DNA from: an uncultured Anaerolineales bacterium | GTDB taxonomy: Bacteria > Chloroflexota > Anaerolineae > Anaerolineales > UBA11858 | Assembly: GCA_964629085.1 (NCBI GenBank) | Contig: CAZVPR010000011.1 | Coordinates: 2,776 to 66,775 of the forward strand | Length of the DNA: 64,000 nt | Reading direction: 5' to 3' | In this document: piece by piece, positions 46,793 to 57,388 of the stretch | How positions within the stretch are numbered: position 1 is the first letter of the stretch | How the letters are laid out: the number at the start of each line of letters is the position of its first letter | The notes under the pieces: generated by a model | What the model was told of the DNA's origin: nothing | Seen by the model: only the letters and a program-made list of their open reading frames with translations | The model's database searches: none | Made by a program: the position numbers and the translations under genes

Positions 46793-46902
46793 TGAAAATG
46801 AAGTAGTGGGTGATTGGTTAATGACAACACATACATTCTGTCACCCTGAGATTCCACAGGCGAAGCGTTTATTCAACTCCGAATATGTCTTTCGTTTATA
46901 CA

Positions 46903-48774
46903 CTAGGCAGGTACAGCAACGCCAGATATAGTTTTCTTGGCTGCTTTATTGAGCCGTCCACGTTCGTGGGCTGAAAGCACGCGCTTGCGAATACGGAAAT
47001 TAAGCGGGGTAACTTCAAGGAGTTCATCATCGGACAGATATTCGATGGCTTCATCGAGGCTCATACGCCTGGGCGGAGTTAGGCGGACTTCGATGTCGGC
47101 GCTAGCGGCGCGCATATTGGTGAGGTGTTTCTTTTTACAAACATTGACATCTAAATCGCCTGAGCGTTGATGTTCGCCGACTACCATCCCGGCATATACT
47201 TCCCGGCCCGGCTCACAGAATAAAGCGCCGCGTTCCTCGGCATTCTTCAAGCCAAATGTAGTCGTAACGCCAGTTTCCCAGGAGACTAAAGACCCTGATG
47301 AACGTCCGTGGATTTCGCCCGCCATTGGCCGGTAGCCATGGAACAGGGTATGCATCACACCCGCACCGCGCGTGGCGGTCAAGAAATGGGCGCGAAATCC
47401 AAGCAAACCACGCGTGGGCACCAGGAATTCCAGACGAACGCTATTCTCCTGTGTGTTAATCATGTTCTGCATAATGCCGCGCCGCGAGCCTAACATTTCA
47501 ACGACTGCACCAACCGTATCCGGATTGGTTTCGATAAAAACATCTTCAAAGGGCTCCAGGATTTTCCCTTGATCATCTTGCTTCAGGATCACATCGGGTC
47601 GGGATACCTGAAATTCATAGCCTTCGCGGCGCATGGTCTCGATCAGGATTGCCAGATGCAACTCTCCACGACCGGAGACGTGAAAGGTATCTGGACTATT
47701 CGTTTCAGTCACCCGCAGGGCGACATTGGCGCGTAATTCGTCAAAGAGACGCTCACGCAGTTTCCGAGAAGTGCTCCAGCGGCCCTCGCGTCCGGCAAAT
47801 GGGGATGTGTTAACCCCAAAGGTCATGTGAACGGTGGGTTCCTCGACCTGGATAGTAGGTAGAGCGTAGGGATGTTCTGGATCCGACAGGGTTTCGCCAA
47901 TTGTGATGCCTTCTAGGCCAGCCAATGCAATGATCTCTCCTGCCTGAGCAGCCTCGACCTCGATTTGTTCTAACCCTTTGTGGATGTATAAATAGCGGGC
48001 GCGTTCAGGTAATATTTGGCCATCCGTACAGATGCGCGCCAAATCCTGCCCAACTTCAATTTGCCCAGAGAATATGCGGCCTATGGCCATAATGCCGCGG
48101 TATTCATCATATCCCAAAGTTGTGACTAGCATTTGTAAGGGCGCGTTGGGATCAACGTGGGGCGCGGGAATATGTTCCAAAATGGTATCGAAGAGTGGTT
48201 GCAGATCAGGACCCAAGATCGGGCTGAGGCCGGCCTGGGCGGTAACTGCATTGGCATAGATGACGGGAAATTCTGCCTGTTCATCGCTGGCACCCAACTC
48301 GATGAATAAATCGAAAGTCTGGTTGAGAACTCGCTCTGGGTCAGCACCAGTGCGATCTACCTTGTTGATCACTACGATGGCGCGGTGTCCCATCTCGAGG
48401 GCTTTTTTGAGCACAAAGCGGGTTTGCGGCATAGGCCCTTCAGCGGCATCCACCAAGAGCAGCACACCGTCGACCATATTCATGACTCGTTCTACCTCGC
48501 CGCCGAAATCGGCATGGCCGGGCGTATCGACGATATTGATTTTTACCAGCTCATTTGTGGCCTGATTCTCAATCTCGATGGCTGTGTTTTTGGCGAGGAT
48601 GGTAATGCCGCGCTCACGTTCTAAATCATTTGAATCCATAACTCGCTCGGCGACCTGTTGGTTCTTACGAAAAACACGGGCTTGTTTCAATAGACCGTCT
48701 ACCAGCGTAGTTTTGCCGTGGTCCACGTGGGCGATAATGGCGATATTGCGAAGATCTGTTCGTTCTGTAAACAT
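46903..48774 (-). CDS. typA: Translational GTPase TypA/BipA
   Basis: [35 protein letters not shown]-like domains plus the TypA C-terminal domain. ATG 48774 ([10 protein letters not shown]). Confidence 0.95.
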   Translation of the reverse strand: MFTERTDLRNIAIIAHVDHGKTTLVDGLLKQARVFRKNQQVAERVMDSNDLERERGITILAKNTAIEIENQATNELVKINIVDTPGHADFGGEVERVMNMVDGVLLLVDAAEGPMPQTRFVLKKALEMGHRAIVVINKVDRTGADPERVLNQTFDLFIELGASDEQAEFPVIYANAVTAQAGLSPILGPDLQPLFDTILEHIPAPHVDPNAPLQMLVTTLGYDEYRGIMAIGRIFSGQIEVGQDLARICTDGQILPERARYLYIHKGLEQIEVEAAQAGEIIALAGLEGITIGETLSDPEHPYALPTIQVEEPTVHMTFGVNTSPFAGREGRWSTSRKLRERLFDELRANVALRVTETNSPDTFHVSGRGELHLAILIETMRREGYEFQVSRPDVILKQDDQGKILEPFEDVFIETNPDTVGAVVEMLGSRRGIMQNMINTQENSVRLEFLVPTRGLLGFRAHFLTATRGAGVMHTLFHGYRPMAGEIHGRSSGSLVSWETGVTTTFGLKNAEERGALFCEPGREVYAGMVVGEHQRSGDLDVNVCKKKHLTNMRAASADIEVRLTPPRRMSLDEAIEYLSDDELLEVTPLNFRIRKRVLSAHERGRLNKAAKKTISGVAVPA

Positions 48775-48813
48775 ACGTATAAAATCCAATCAATTCGATG
48801 GTTGTTGATGCAT

Positions 48814-48841
48814 ACAAAAACCCCGGCCAATCAGGCCGGGG
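48814..48841 (-). terminator. Rho-independent terminator of purH
   Basis: Minus strand reads ccccggcc tgatt ggccgggg followed by ttttt. Confidence 0.8.
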
Positions 48842-48927
48842 TCGTCCTGCAAGCGCTCAATCATATCAATAAGTGTTGGATTTGAAAAGAGACAGTTTGA
48901 TTGATGAATTCAAAGACAGAATTATCC

Positions 48928-50430
48928 TCAATGTCGGAAGTGGCGCACTCCGGTGAAGACCATTGCCATGCCGTGTTTGTTGCAGGCTTCAATGGATAAA
49001 TCATCGCGAAGCGAACCGCCAGGCTGGATGATGGCTGAAATGCCGTGGGAAGCAGCGGCCTCGACGGCGTCTGGGAAGGGGAAGAAGGCATCCGAGGCCA
49101 TCGTAGCGCCTTTAGATTTTTCTCCGGCGCGCTGGGCGGCAATGGCCACACAATCGACGCGGTTGGGTTGCCCTCCACCGATCCCAACCGTGGCTTCACC
49201 CTTTGCAAAAACAATCGCATTTGATTTGACGTGCTGGCAGGCTCTCCAGCCGAATTCCAAGGCCTTCACCTCTAGCTCGGCAGGTTGACGTTCAGTGACG
49301 ACTTTCCATTCGGCGCCTTTGGGGTCACCGATATCTAGTGATTGACGCAGCATCCCTCCAACGACCGATCGAAATTCGAACAATGGATCAATGTTGGTGT
49401 GGGGCATGTCCAGCAAACGCAAATTGCTTTTCTTAGACAGAATGTCCATGGCTTCTGGGGTGAAGCCGGGCGCGGAGATGCATTCCACGAAAAGATCACC
49501 CAGTTCTGTCGCAATACCCTCATCGAAGGGCTGGTTGACAGCGATCACGCTGCCAAAGGCCGAGACGGGATCGCTGTCAAGGGCCGGGGTGTAGGCTTCT
49601 GCCAGTGAATCAGCCGAGGCCACACCACAAGGTGAAAGGTGTTTTACGATAACAACTGTGGGGCGCTGATAGGAAACCGCCGCCCGCCAGGCGGCATCCA
49701 GATCGAGCATGTTGTTGTAGGAGACGGGTTTGCCCTGCAAGAGTTCTCCCCCCATAGGGCCTGCTCCAGGGGAATAGCTGTACAGGCTGGCTTCCTGATG
49801 CCAGTTTTCGCCATAGCGCAAAGTTTGGATGGGGTGTAGATTGATGTTGAGCTTACCTTCAGGACTCAAGTAGGCTGCGATGGCGGTGTCATAATCACGG
49901 GTATGAGCGAAGGCTTTTTCGGCCAGATACCGACGGGTTTGGATGGATGTGCTGCCCTGTTCCTGGAGTTCTTTGATGATTCGATTGTAATCGGCGATAT
50001 CCGTCAGCACGGTTACCCGTTTGAAATTCTTTGCGGCCGCCCGGATCAACGTCACTCCGCCAATGTCGATATTCTCGATTGCATCTTCCATTTCGATATC
50101 CGGCTTGGTGATGGTTTCCTGGAAAGGGTACAAATTGCAAGCTACCAGGTCGATGGCTTGAGCGTTGATCTGCTCTAGGTCGGCGGCATCCGCTTGCGTG
50201 TCGCGCGCCAGCAAACCGCCAGCCACAGCCGGGTGAAGGGTTTTTACTCTTCCCTCCAAAATTTCGGGAGAATTGGTATATTGGGCAACGTCGGTCACTG
50301 GGATGTCAGCATCTCTAAGGGCACGCGCGGTGCCTCCACTGGCTAAGAAATCCCAGCCCATGCTTTCGAGCTGGCGGGCAAAATCTATCAGATGGGTTTT
50401 GTCAGAGAGAGAGAATAAGGCTTTGGGCAT
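48928..50430 (-). CDS. purH: Bifunctional AICAR transformylase / IMP cyclohydrolase PurH
   Basis: ALFSLSDKT, ASGGTARAL, RVKTLHP, C-terminal VFTGVRHFRH. Confidence 0.95.
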   Translation of the reverse strand: MPKALFSLSDKTHLIDFARQLESMGWDFLASGGTARALRDADIPVTDVAQYTNSPEILEGRVKTLHPAVAGGLLARDTQADAADLEQINAQAIDLVACNLYPFQETITKPDIEMEDAIENIDIGGVTLIRAAAKNFKRVTVLTDIADYNRIIKELQEQGSTSIQTRRYLAEKAFAHTRDYDTAIAAYLSPEGKLNINLHPIQTLRYGENWHQEASLYSYSPGAGPMGGELLQGKPVSYNNMLDLDAAWRAAVSYQRPTVVIVKHLSPCGVASADSLAEAYTPALDSDPVSAFGSVIAVNQPFDEGIATELGDLFVECISAPGFTPEAMDILSKKSNLRLLDMPHTNIDPLFEFRSVVGGMLRQSLDIGDPKGAEWKVVTERQPAELEVKALEFGWRACQHVKSNAIVFAKGEATVGIGGGQPNRVDCVAIAAQRAGEKSKGATMASDAFFPFPDAVEAAASHGISAIIQPGGSLRDDLSIEACNKHGMAMVFTGVRHFRH

Positions 50431-50589
50431 AGTACACTTTTCTAGAACTGGATCACCTGATCCTGAGTCATCGCCAATTCTATCAGGTCCCGCAATTTCA
50501 TAATATGATCCAATATAAAAATCGAGTAAGAAATCTATAACGTTAATACTCTAAATAGAAAAGAATATTTTTTACTGGAGTTTACTGGT

Positions 50590-51459
50590 ATGTTCAAATC
50601 CCCTCGAACGCTAAAAACAATTATCGAACCCCAAATGGTGATCGAAGGCGCAGGTGTCCGTTTGCTGCGTTCATTTGGCCCCAACCGAACCAATCTATAC
50701 GACCCATTCCTGCTCTTTGACCACTTTGCCTTCAATGATCCTGTTGAAGGGCCACCGGTTGGTTTCCCCACTCATCCTCACCGTGGTATCGAAACCGTGA
50801 CCTATATGCTGGAAGGCAATGTTCGTCATCGGGACAGCCTGGGTAATATGGGTATCATCGGCCCTGGAGATGTGCAGTGGATGACCAGTGGAGGTGGTAT
50901 TATGCATGAAGAGATGCCCCAGCGCGGCCCCAGCGGTGTGATTGATGGTTTTCAACTATGGGTCAACCTGCCGGCCGCAGAGAAAATGAGCCGCCCGCGT
51001 TATCAAGAGGTGGTTGCAGACACGATCCCGCGTGTAGAAAAGAATAATGTCCACGTGCGGGTGGTGGCCGGTGAGTACGAAGGGGTTTGTGGCCCCGTGA
51101 CCGAAATTGCGGCCCAGCCTTTATATATGGATGTGACCCTAAACCCGGAAGCGGGTTTTACGTTGGCCATTCCAAAAGGACACTCGGCAGTGGCTTATGT
51201 GTTCGAAGGCGAAGGATATTTTGGCCTGGATGATGACGGGCAAGGGGAGTTGATCCAGGCCCTGAAAATGCTGGTGTTTGAGGATGGCGACCATCTCAGC
51301 GTGCAAACTCCAACGGAAACAGGGGTCCGATTCATGTTGATGGCTGGTGCACTCTTCAATGAACCGATTGTGCCCTATGGCCCGTTTGTAATGAATACCC
51401 AGGAAGAGATCCAGCAGGCCTTTGAGGATTTGCGCAACGGTACGTTTGTGCGGGAGTAA
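50590..51459 (+). CDS. Pirin family protein (bicupin)
   Basis: HPHRGIETVTYMLEGNVRHRDSLG metal-binding cupin motif, 289 aa. Confidence 0.9.
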   Translation: MFKSPRTLKTIIEPQMVIEGAGVRLLRSFGPNRTNLYDPFLLFDHFAFNDPVEGPPVGFPTHPHRGIETVTYMLEGNVRHRDSLGNMGIIGPGDVQWMTSGGGIMHEEMPQRGPSGVIDGFQLWVNLPAAEKMSRPRYQEVVADTIPRVEKNNVHVRVVAGEYEGVCGPVTEIAAQPLYMDVTLNPEAGFTLAIPKGHSAVAYVFEGEGYFGLDDDGQGELIQALKMLVFEDGDHLSVQTPTETGVRFMLMAGALFNEPIVPYGPFVMNTQEEIQQAFEDLRNGTFVRE

Positions 51460-51513
51460 TCCTGAACACAATATTCTCCGTTTTCCATTTTGACTCACTG
51501 GTAATTAGTTTTT

Positions 51514-51547
51514 AGTAGAGACGCATCGGCGATGCGTCTCTACTTTT
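51514..51547 (+). terminator. Rho-independent terminator of the pirin gene
   Basis: agtagagacgcatc ggc gatgcgtctctact. 14-bp perfect stem followed by tttt. Confidence 0.85.
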
Positions 51548-51782
51548 CATATATCCATCATATTGGGTTGAGGATATAAAATTGGCGAAAAATTGCGGTA
51601 TGATCATTTTACAGGTTTGTAAGTCGTCACAAGTAAGAACTCCTTAGGGCCTAGAATCAAAAACAACACAAGTGTGATGATGTGTTTATTATTTGGTAAG
51701 AAATTTCTGGTAATGTTAATTGAAGATCTGTTGTACCTCTCTGCGAAGCAAATCCGGCGATAGATTTTTGAGTGAGCATCCC

Positions 51783-54700
51783 ATGAATACTGAAAAATCC
51801 GTAATCCGTCTCATCAAACCCCGAAATTGGTCGCTGACCATGCGCACCAAATTGATCACCACTTTTGTGCTGGTAGCGCTGATCCCCATGGCGATTCTGG
51901 CAATTTTGAATGGGCGCAATGCCCAAAACGCGCTGATCGAAGATGCCAACCAGGCGCTCTTCGCGGTTGCATCTCAGACCGCAGCCAGTATGGATACGTT
52001 CATCGACACCAACTTGAAGGGCATTGCCACCGAAGCACAGTTGCCTGTGCTGGTGGATTATTTGATCCTGCAGCACGACGATCGAGAGGGCAGCATGCCT
52101 GAAGAGGGGGTATTGTCTTTGTTGAGGGCAATCAAGAACAAAGACCCATATATCTCATCGTATGCCATCATCAACGCGGATGGCAAAGTGGTCATTGATA
52201 CACTGATGGGGGATATGGGGGTCTATAAGTCGGACCGGGAATATTTTCGCGTCTTCGATGATGGCCCTACCATCTCTAATGCCTATGTCTCGCCGGTGAT
52301 TTTTCACCCGGATAGCGGGGAGCCATATATTTATTTTAGCAGCCCAATCCTCTCTGAGCAGGGTGAATTCCTGGGTGTATTACGGGTGCGTTATCAAGCT
52401 GATGTTTTGCAGAATCTAATCGAAGACAAGAACGATCTGGCAGGCTCAGGCTCGTTTGGCGTTCTCTTTGACGAGAATCATCTTCACTTGGCGCATGGTA
52501 CTGCCTCGGATGTAAATTTTATCCCTATCATCGAATTGTCAGTTGATAAAGTGGAGCAACTCCGAGCAGTGAATCGCCTGCCGCATTTGACGGAAGATGA
52601 GTTATTCATTATGCAATTGGACGATCTAGAAGAGCATCTATCTAACCCCGAGACTCAGCGCTTCTTCGAGGCCGAAGATGTCGCCACGGGAGCGCTGGTC
52701 AATCAGGTGGCCATCGCCCAATTAAAAACCCAACCTTGGTTGGTGACCTTTTTCCAACCACAGGAAATATTTTTGGCCCCTGTAGAAGCTCAGACCCGCA
52801 CAACACTTTTCGTGGCAGCTTTCATTTCGGCCGGAGCCATTCTGGCCGCATTTGTGGTTGGTCAGGCCTTGGGGCGCCCAATTTTGCGTCTGACCAATAC
52901 GGTGACCCGATTCACAGGCGGAGATTTGGATGCGCGTACACGCATCGATTCTAAAGATGAAATCGGAATCCTGGCATCCAGTTTCAACATATTGGCACAA
53001 CAGGTTGGTACACTTTTGCGTGGGTTGGAAGAGCGAACTGCCGAATTGGAGGTAGAAGTTTTAGAACGTAGACGAGCTGAGGATGCGGCCAAAGCCAGCG
53101 AAGCCCAGTTTCGGGGCGTATTGGCAACTGCGCCGAATGCGATTGTAATTTCTGATCATGAGGGGAGAATATTGCTGGTCAATGAGCAGGTTGAGGAAGT
53201 TTTCGGTTATTCTCGGGAAGAGTTGATCGGACAACCTGTGGAGATACTACTCCCAGAGAGTCTCACGGGATTACATGCCAGTCATCGTGCCCAATATCTG
53301 GCGAAACCCTATACCCGGGCCATGGGTTACGGCCAGGATTTGCAGGGAAAACGCAAAGATGGCAGCACCTTCCCAGTGGATATCAGTCTTAGCCCAATGG
53401 AAACCAGCGATGGAACTTTGGTTACTAGCATTATTCGTGATATCACCGAGTATAAAAAATTTGAGGAAGCGCTGCAAGAAAGTGAGGAGCGCTATCGTTC
53501 GACTTCAGAATTGACATCAGATTATATTTACAGTGTGAATTTCTCTCCAGAAGGGGCCAGTGAACTCGATTGGGCTACCGAAGCATTTATCCCACTGACA
53601 GGTTTTTCCCCGGAAGAATTGGCCCAAAGAGGGGGATGGCCCAGCATTGTACACCCCGAAGATGTTAATAAGTATCATCAACAACGGGATTTATTGATAA
53701 ACACGGGCGGTTCAGATGTTGCAATTTATCGCATCGTTACCAAAGAGGGTGAGATCCGCTGGCTAGAAGATCACCGCAGCGTCGCCTGTGATGAAAAGAC
53801 TGGTCACATTCACCGAATGTTGGGAGCTGCCAAAGATATCACCGAGCGCGTAACCTCGGAACAGGCCTTACAACAAGCAAAAGATGAGGCCGAGGCAGCA
53901 AATCGTGCCAAAAGTGCCTTTCTGGCGAATATGAGTCACGAATTGCGCACTCCCTTGAATGCGATTTTAGGCTTTACCCAGTTGATGAACCGTGATCAGT
54001 CTCTGAACGCAAAACAGCGAGACCAAATCGATATTATCAGCCGCAGTGGAGAACACTTGCTGGCTTTGATCAATGATGTCCTTGCAATGTCGAAGATTGA
54101 AGCGGGGCGCATGATTTTGGAAGAATACAGCTTTGACTTACATGCACTTTTGGATGATTTGGTTGACATGCTGGCACTTCGAGCAACCGATAAACGAATT
54201 ACCATCAAAGTGGAAATGTCTGAAAACCTGCCAAAATTTGTCCATGCGGATGAAGGCAAACTGCGGCAAGTGTTGATCAATTTGCTGAGTAACGCGGTCA
54301 AGTTCACGGATCGGGGTGGGATTGTTCTGCGGGTTAGTCAGCCTCTTCGGGCTTCCCAGAATCATCTGCGGTTCGAGGTTCAGGACTCAGGCCGGGGAAT
54401 TCCTCCTGACAAGCTGGATTCGATATTCGATGCTTTTGTGCAGGTTGTTTTAGGCCAACAAGCCACCGAGGGGACCGGTTTAGGATTGGCTCTAAGCCGA
54501 CAATTTGTCAATCTGATGGGCGGCGATATCCACGTAACCAGTGACCTCAACGTAGGCTCGGTTTTTAGTTTTGAAATCCCGGTGATTTTTTCTGCTGAGA
54601 GTGAAATAGACTTTGATTTTTCTAAGCGACGTATTGTGGGCATCAACAGCGACCACGATTATCGCATTTTGATCGCCGAAGATCATCAAGAGAGCCGACA

Positions 54701-55298
54701 GTTGTTGGTTGAGTTATTGAAACCCAATGATTTTCAAATTCGAGAAGCATCAAATGGCCTCGAAGCTATTGACCAGTGGAAATCCTGGCAGCCTGACCTG
54801 ATTTTGATGGATATGCAAATGCCTGTGATGGATGGATATGCGGCTATTCGCCACATTAAAAGATCACCGGGAGGAGAAAAAACGGTCATAATCGCCATCA
54901 CAGCCAGCGCTTTCGAGGAAGACCGTGAGCATATTTTTGTCGAAGGAGCTGATGATTTTGTGCGTAAGCCATTTCGGGATGAGACCATATACGAAAAACT
55001 GGCAGACCATTTGAATGTCGATTTGCTATATGAGTCCGTTGAGCCTGATTCTGTTTCTCAACCATCAGCCAATCTCGATGGATTGCTCGCTCCTACTTTT
55101 TTGAATGAAATCCCGGAGCATTTGTTGCTGGATTTGAAACGGGCCGCCATTCTGGCCGATATGATCAAAGTAGAGACACTGATCGAAGAGATTAGATTGC
55201 ATAATGATGAGATTGCCGCTGCATTAGGCAAGTACGCTGAGGATTTCAAATATAATAAGATAATCGAGGTTATCCAATCTTCGGGAGTTACACAATGA
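51783..55298 (+). CDS. Hybrid sensor histidine kinase (periplasmic Cache-like sensor, HAMP, 2x PAS, HisKA, HATPase, REC, C-terminal helical tail)
   Basis: TM1 (LITTFVLVALIPMAILAIL), ~270-aa extracytoplasmic region, TM2, HAMP (FTGGDLDARTRIDSKDEIGILASSFN), PAS repeats, H-box SHELRTPLNAILGF, GTGLGLALSRQFV, receiver domain (ILIAEDHQ...LMDMQMPVMDG...KPF). The start is uncertain (ATG 51783 or 51840). Confidence 0.88.
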   Translation: MNTEKSVIRLIKPRNWSLTMRTKLITTFVLVALIPMAILAILNGRNAQNALIEDANQALFAVASQTAASMDTFIDTNLKGIATEAQLPVLVDYLILQHDDREGSMPEEGVLSLLRAIKNKDPYISSYAIINADGKVVIDTLMGDMGVYKSDREYFRVFDDGPTISNAYVSPVIFHPDSGEPYIYFSSPILSEQGEFLGVLRVRYQADVLQNLIEDKNDLAGSGSFGVLFDENHLHLAHGTASDVNFIPIIELSVDKVEQLRAVNRLPHLTEDELFIMQLDDLEEHLSNPETQRFFEAEDVATGALVNQVAIAQLKTQPWLVTFFQPQEIFLAPVEAQTRTTLFVAAFISAGAILAAFVVGQALGRPILRLTNTVTRFTGGDLDARTRIDSKDEIGILASSFNILAQQVGTLLRGLEERTAELEVEVLERRRAEDAAKASEAQFRGVLATAPNAIVISDHEGRILLVNEQVEEVFGYSREELIGQPVEILLPESLTGLHASHRAQYLAKPYTRAMGYGQDLQGKRKDGSTFPVDISLSPMETSDGTLVTSIIRDITEYKKFEEALQESEERYRSTSELTSDYIYSVNFSPEGASELDWATEAFIPLTGFSPEELAQRGGWPSIVHPEDVNKYHQQRDLLINTGGSDVAIYRIVTKEGEIRWLEDHRSVACDEKTGHIHRMLGAAKDITERVTSEQALQQAKDEAEAANRAKSAFLANMSHELRTPLNAILGFTQLMNRDQSLNAKQRDQIDIISRSGEHLLALINDVLAMSKIEAGRMILEEYSFDLHALLDDLVDMLALRATDKRITIKVEMSENLPKFVHADEGKLRQVLINLLSNAVKFTDRGGIVLRVSQPLRASQNHLRFEVQDSGRGIPPDKLDSIFDAFVQVVLGQQATEGTGLGLALSRQFVNLMGGDIHVTSDLNVGSVFSFEIPVIFSAESEIDFDFSKRRIVGINSDHDYRILIAEDHQESRQLLVELLKPNDFQIREASNGLEAIDQWKSWQPDLILMDMQMPVMDGYAAIRHIKRSPGGEKTVIIAITASAFEEDREHIFVEGADDFVRKPFRDETIYEKLADHLNVDLLYESVEPDSVSQPSANLDGLLAPTFLNEIPEHLLLDLKRAAILADMIKVETLIEEIRLHNDEIAAALGKYAEDFKYNKIIEVIQSSGVTQ

Positions 55299-56626
55299 GC
55301 GTTACAACGACAAAAGGCGAGATCTTGATTGTTGATGATACCCCGGCGAATCTGCGATTGTTAGCAGGAATGCTCTCTGAGCAGCATTTTCGTGTGCGCC
55401 CTGTCTCGGATGGGGAATCGGCATTGAAGGCTGTGCAAGCCTCGGCGCCAGATTTAATTTTATTAGATATCAGCATGCCGGGGATGAACGGGTATGAGAT
55501 TGCGCAACAATTGAAATCTGACAAAACTACCCGTGACATCCCAATTATTTTTATCAGTGCACTAAACGAAGTATTGGATAAAGTCAAAGCCTTCGAAGTC
55601 GGTGGTGTTGATTACATCACGAAACCGTTCCACTTCGAAGAAGTATTGGCACGGGTAGAAACACATCTAACGTTGCGAGAATTGCAACGCCAGTTGGAAG
55701 ATGCCAACGCGATGCTTGATGCTCGTGTTCAAGAACGTACCCAGGACTTAGTCGATCTCAATCGATCAGCATATCGATTTGTCCCGCACGTTTTGCTGGA
55801 GCATCTAAACAAAGATAGCCTTGTCGATGTTGAATTAGGAGATCAGGTGCAAGGAGAGATGTCCGTCATGTTCGCGGATATTCGCGGCTTTACTGCTCTT
55901 GCTGAGCCCTTGACGCCGCAAGAGAGTTTCGGCTATCTTAACAATTATCTTGGAAAGGTTGGGCCTATCATTCGAGAAAATCGTGGTTTTGTGGATAAAT
56001 ATTTAGGCGATGGATTGATGGCTGTATTCCCTAAAGGACCTGATGATGCCGTCAAGGCTTCCGTGGCAATTCAATCAACATTAGAGGTATATAACAGGCG
56101 TTTGAGCGAGCAAAATTTGAATCCAATACAGGTGGGAATTGGCATCAACACGGGCAAGGTCATGCTGGGAATCCTTGGTGAGCAAGAACGTCTACAGGGA
56201 ACCGTAATCTCAGATGCCGTCAATGTTGCTTCACGCTTGGAAGGCCTGACCAAACTATACGATATTAAAATCGCCGTTTGCCAAGGAACGATGAAAGCAA
56301 TCCAAAATTCCGCGAATCATAATTTTCGTTTCATGGATCGGGTGCAAGCCCAAGGCCGTTTGGGAACAATGAATGTGTATGAATTGTTTGATAGCGATCC
56401 GTTAGAAATTCGGGAATTAAAAACGAATACAAAACCGGAATTCGAATGTGGTCTGGAATTGTATTATCAAGGACAATTTGCGGAGGCGGGGGTTGAGCTT
56501 GGCAAAGTATTGAAGTTGAATCCCGATGATAAAGTAGCTCAAATTCACATGAAAAGAGCAGGACATTACATGGCCAGCGGTGTCCCTGACAATTGGACAG
56601 GAGTCGAACCTTTAGAATTTAAATAG
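55295..56626 (+). CDS. Response regulator with class III adenylate/guanylate cyclase output and a C-terminal TPR-like tail
   Basis: REC (ILIVDDTPANLRLL, DLILLDISMPGMNG, KPF) plus a cyclase domain (SVMFADIRGFTAL, GDGLMAVF, IGINTGKVMLGILG, VNVASRLE). ATGA overlap with the kinase stop. Confidence 0.9.
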   Translation: MSVTTTKGEILIVDDTPANLRLLAGMLSEQHFRVRPVSDGESALKAVQASAPDLILLDISMPGMNGYEIAQQLKSDKTTRDIPIIFISALNEVLDKVKAFEVGGVDYITKPFHFEEVLARVETHLTLRELQRQLEDANAMLDARVQERTQDLVDLNRSAYRFVPHVLLEHLNKDSLVDVELGDQVQGEMSVMFADIRGFTALAEPLTPQESFGYLNNYLGKVGPIIRENRGFVDKYLGDGLMAVFPKGPDDAVKASVAIQSTLEVYNRRLSEQNLNPIQVGIGINTGKVMLGILGEQERLQGTVISDAVNVASRLEGLTKLYDIKIAVCQGTMKAIQNSANHNFRFMDRVQAQGRLGTMNVYELFDSDPLEIRELKTNTKPEFECGLELYYQGQFAEAGVELGKVLKLNPDDKVAQIHMKRAGHYMASGVPDNWTGVEPLEFK

Positions 56627-56631
56627 TTTCT

Positions 56632-57360
56632 TTATGCTTTTTCCCAAACCTGATATAAACCAAGATTCCCTTCCTGGCCATCGGAATAAAATGATTTTGT
56701 AATAATGAAATTTGACTCTTGGGCTAGTGTGTTTAATTCATCCTCGCTGAAATGATGGACATAGCGCAGTCCATAACCGCCGCGTCGCCAATCCAAAAGA
56801 TAATCACCCGAATCAACTTGATCAACGATTAGTCCAATTTTTTCCCATGGTTGGATTCTGGTTTTCAATCGCGGGCTGTTGAGAAATTGCCAGTTTGAGT
56901 GAATAAAGCGACCCGCTGGAGTTAACACCGTATGGATATTTCGGAGAGTTTTTAGATGCAGCTCACGGCTGGGCAAATGATGTAAAGCAGCAAAGGCCAG
57001 GATAATGTCGAATTGTGATTTTTGGATTGTAAATGGTGAAATCCAATCGGGAATTGAGAGATCTGCCCTAACGAAGGAGACGTTCGGGGAGTTTGCGCTT
57101 CCTGCGTTGGCTACCTCCAGCAGTTCGGCGCTGAAGTCAACGCCGATATACTGCCCTTCGTGGTCGCGCTCCACAAGGTTTTGGGATAGTTCTCCGTTGC
57201 CGCAGCCTAAATCCAGGATGTTTGCCTTGGGTGGGATGCTCTCTAAAACTTGCGCTACCCCAGGTTGCAGACGTTCACGCGTCGCTGAAAATTGTAAAGC
57301 GAAGGTCTGGTAAAATTGCTGGTTGAGTTCGATCAATTTTTTAACAATTTCCAAATGCAT
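56632..57360 (-). CDS. Class I SAM-dependent methyltransferase, Trm9/ALKBH8-methyltransferase-like
   Basis: FSATRERLQPGV...ILDLGCGNG (motif I), FDIILAFAALHHLPSRE, C-terminal LRYVHHFSEDEL...SFYSDGQEGNLGLYQVWEKA. ATG 57360 (MHLEIVKKL). The 64-aa Arg/Ser-rich extension in the ORF track overlaps the Elp3 5' end and was rejected. Confidence 0.75.
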   Translation of the reverse strand: MHLEIVKKLIELNQQFYQTFALQFSATRERLQPGVAQVLESIPPKANILDLGCGNGELSQNLVERDHEGQYIGVDFSAELLEVANAGSANSPNVSFVRADLSIPDWISPFTIQKSQFDIILAFAALHHLPSRELHLKTLRNIHTVLTPAGRFIHSNWQFLNSPRLKTRIQPWEKIGLIVDQVDSGDYLLDWRRGGYGLRYVHHFSEDELNTLAQESNFIITKSFYSDGQEGNLGLYQVWEKA

Positions 57361-57388
57361 GGGAGCATTATAGCAGTCTAGTGATGTG

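Noticed and set aside
50572-50588. Direct repeat tttactgg(ag)tttactgg immediately before the pirin start
   Set aside because: It is short (8 nt) and overlaps the RBS (GGAG). This is most simply chance or RBS context, not a regulatory repeat.
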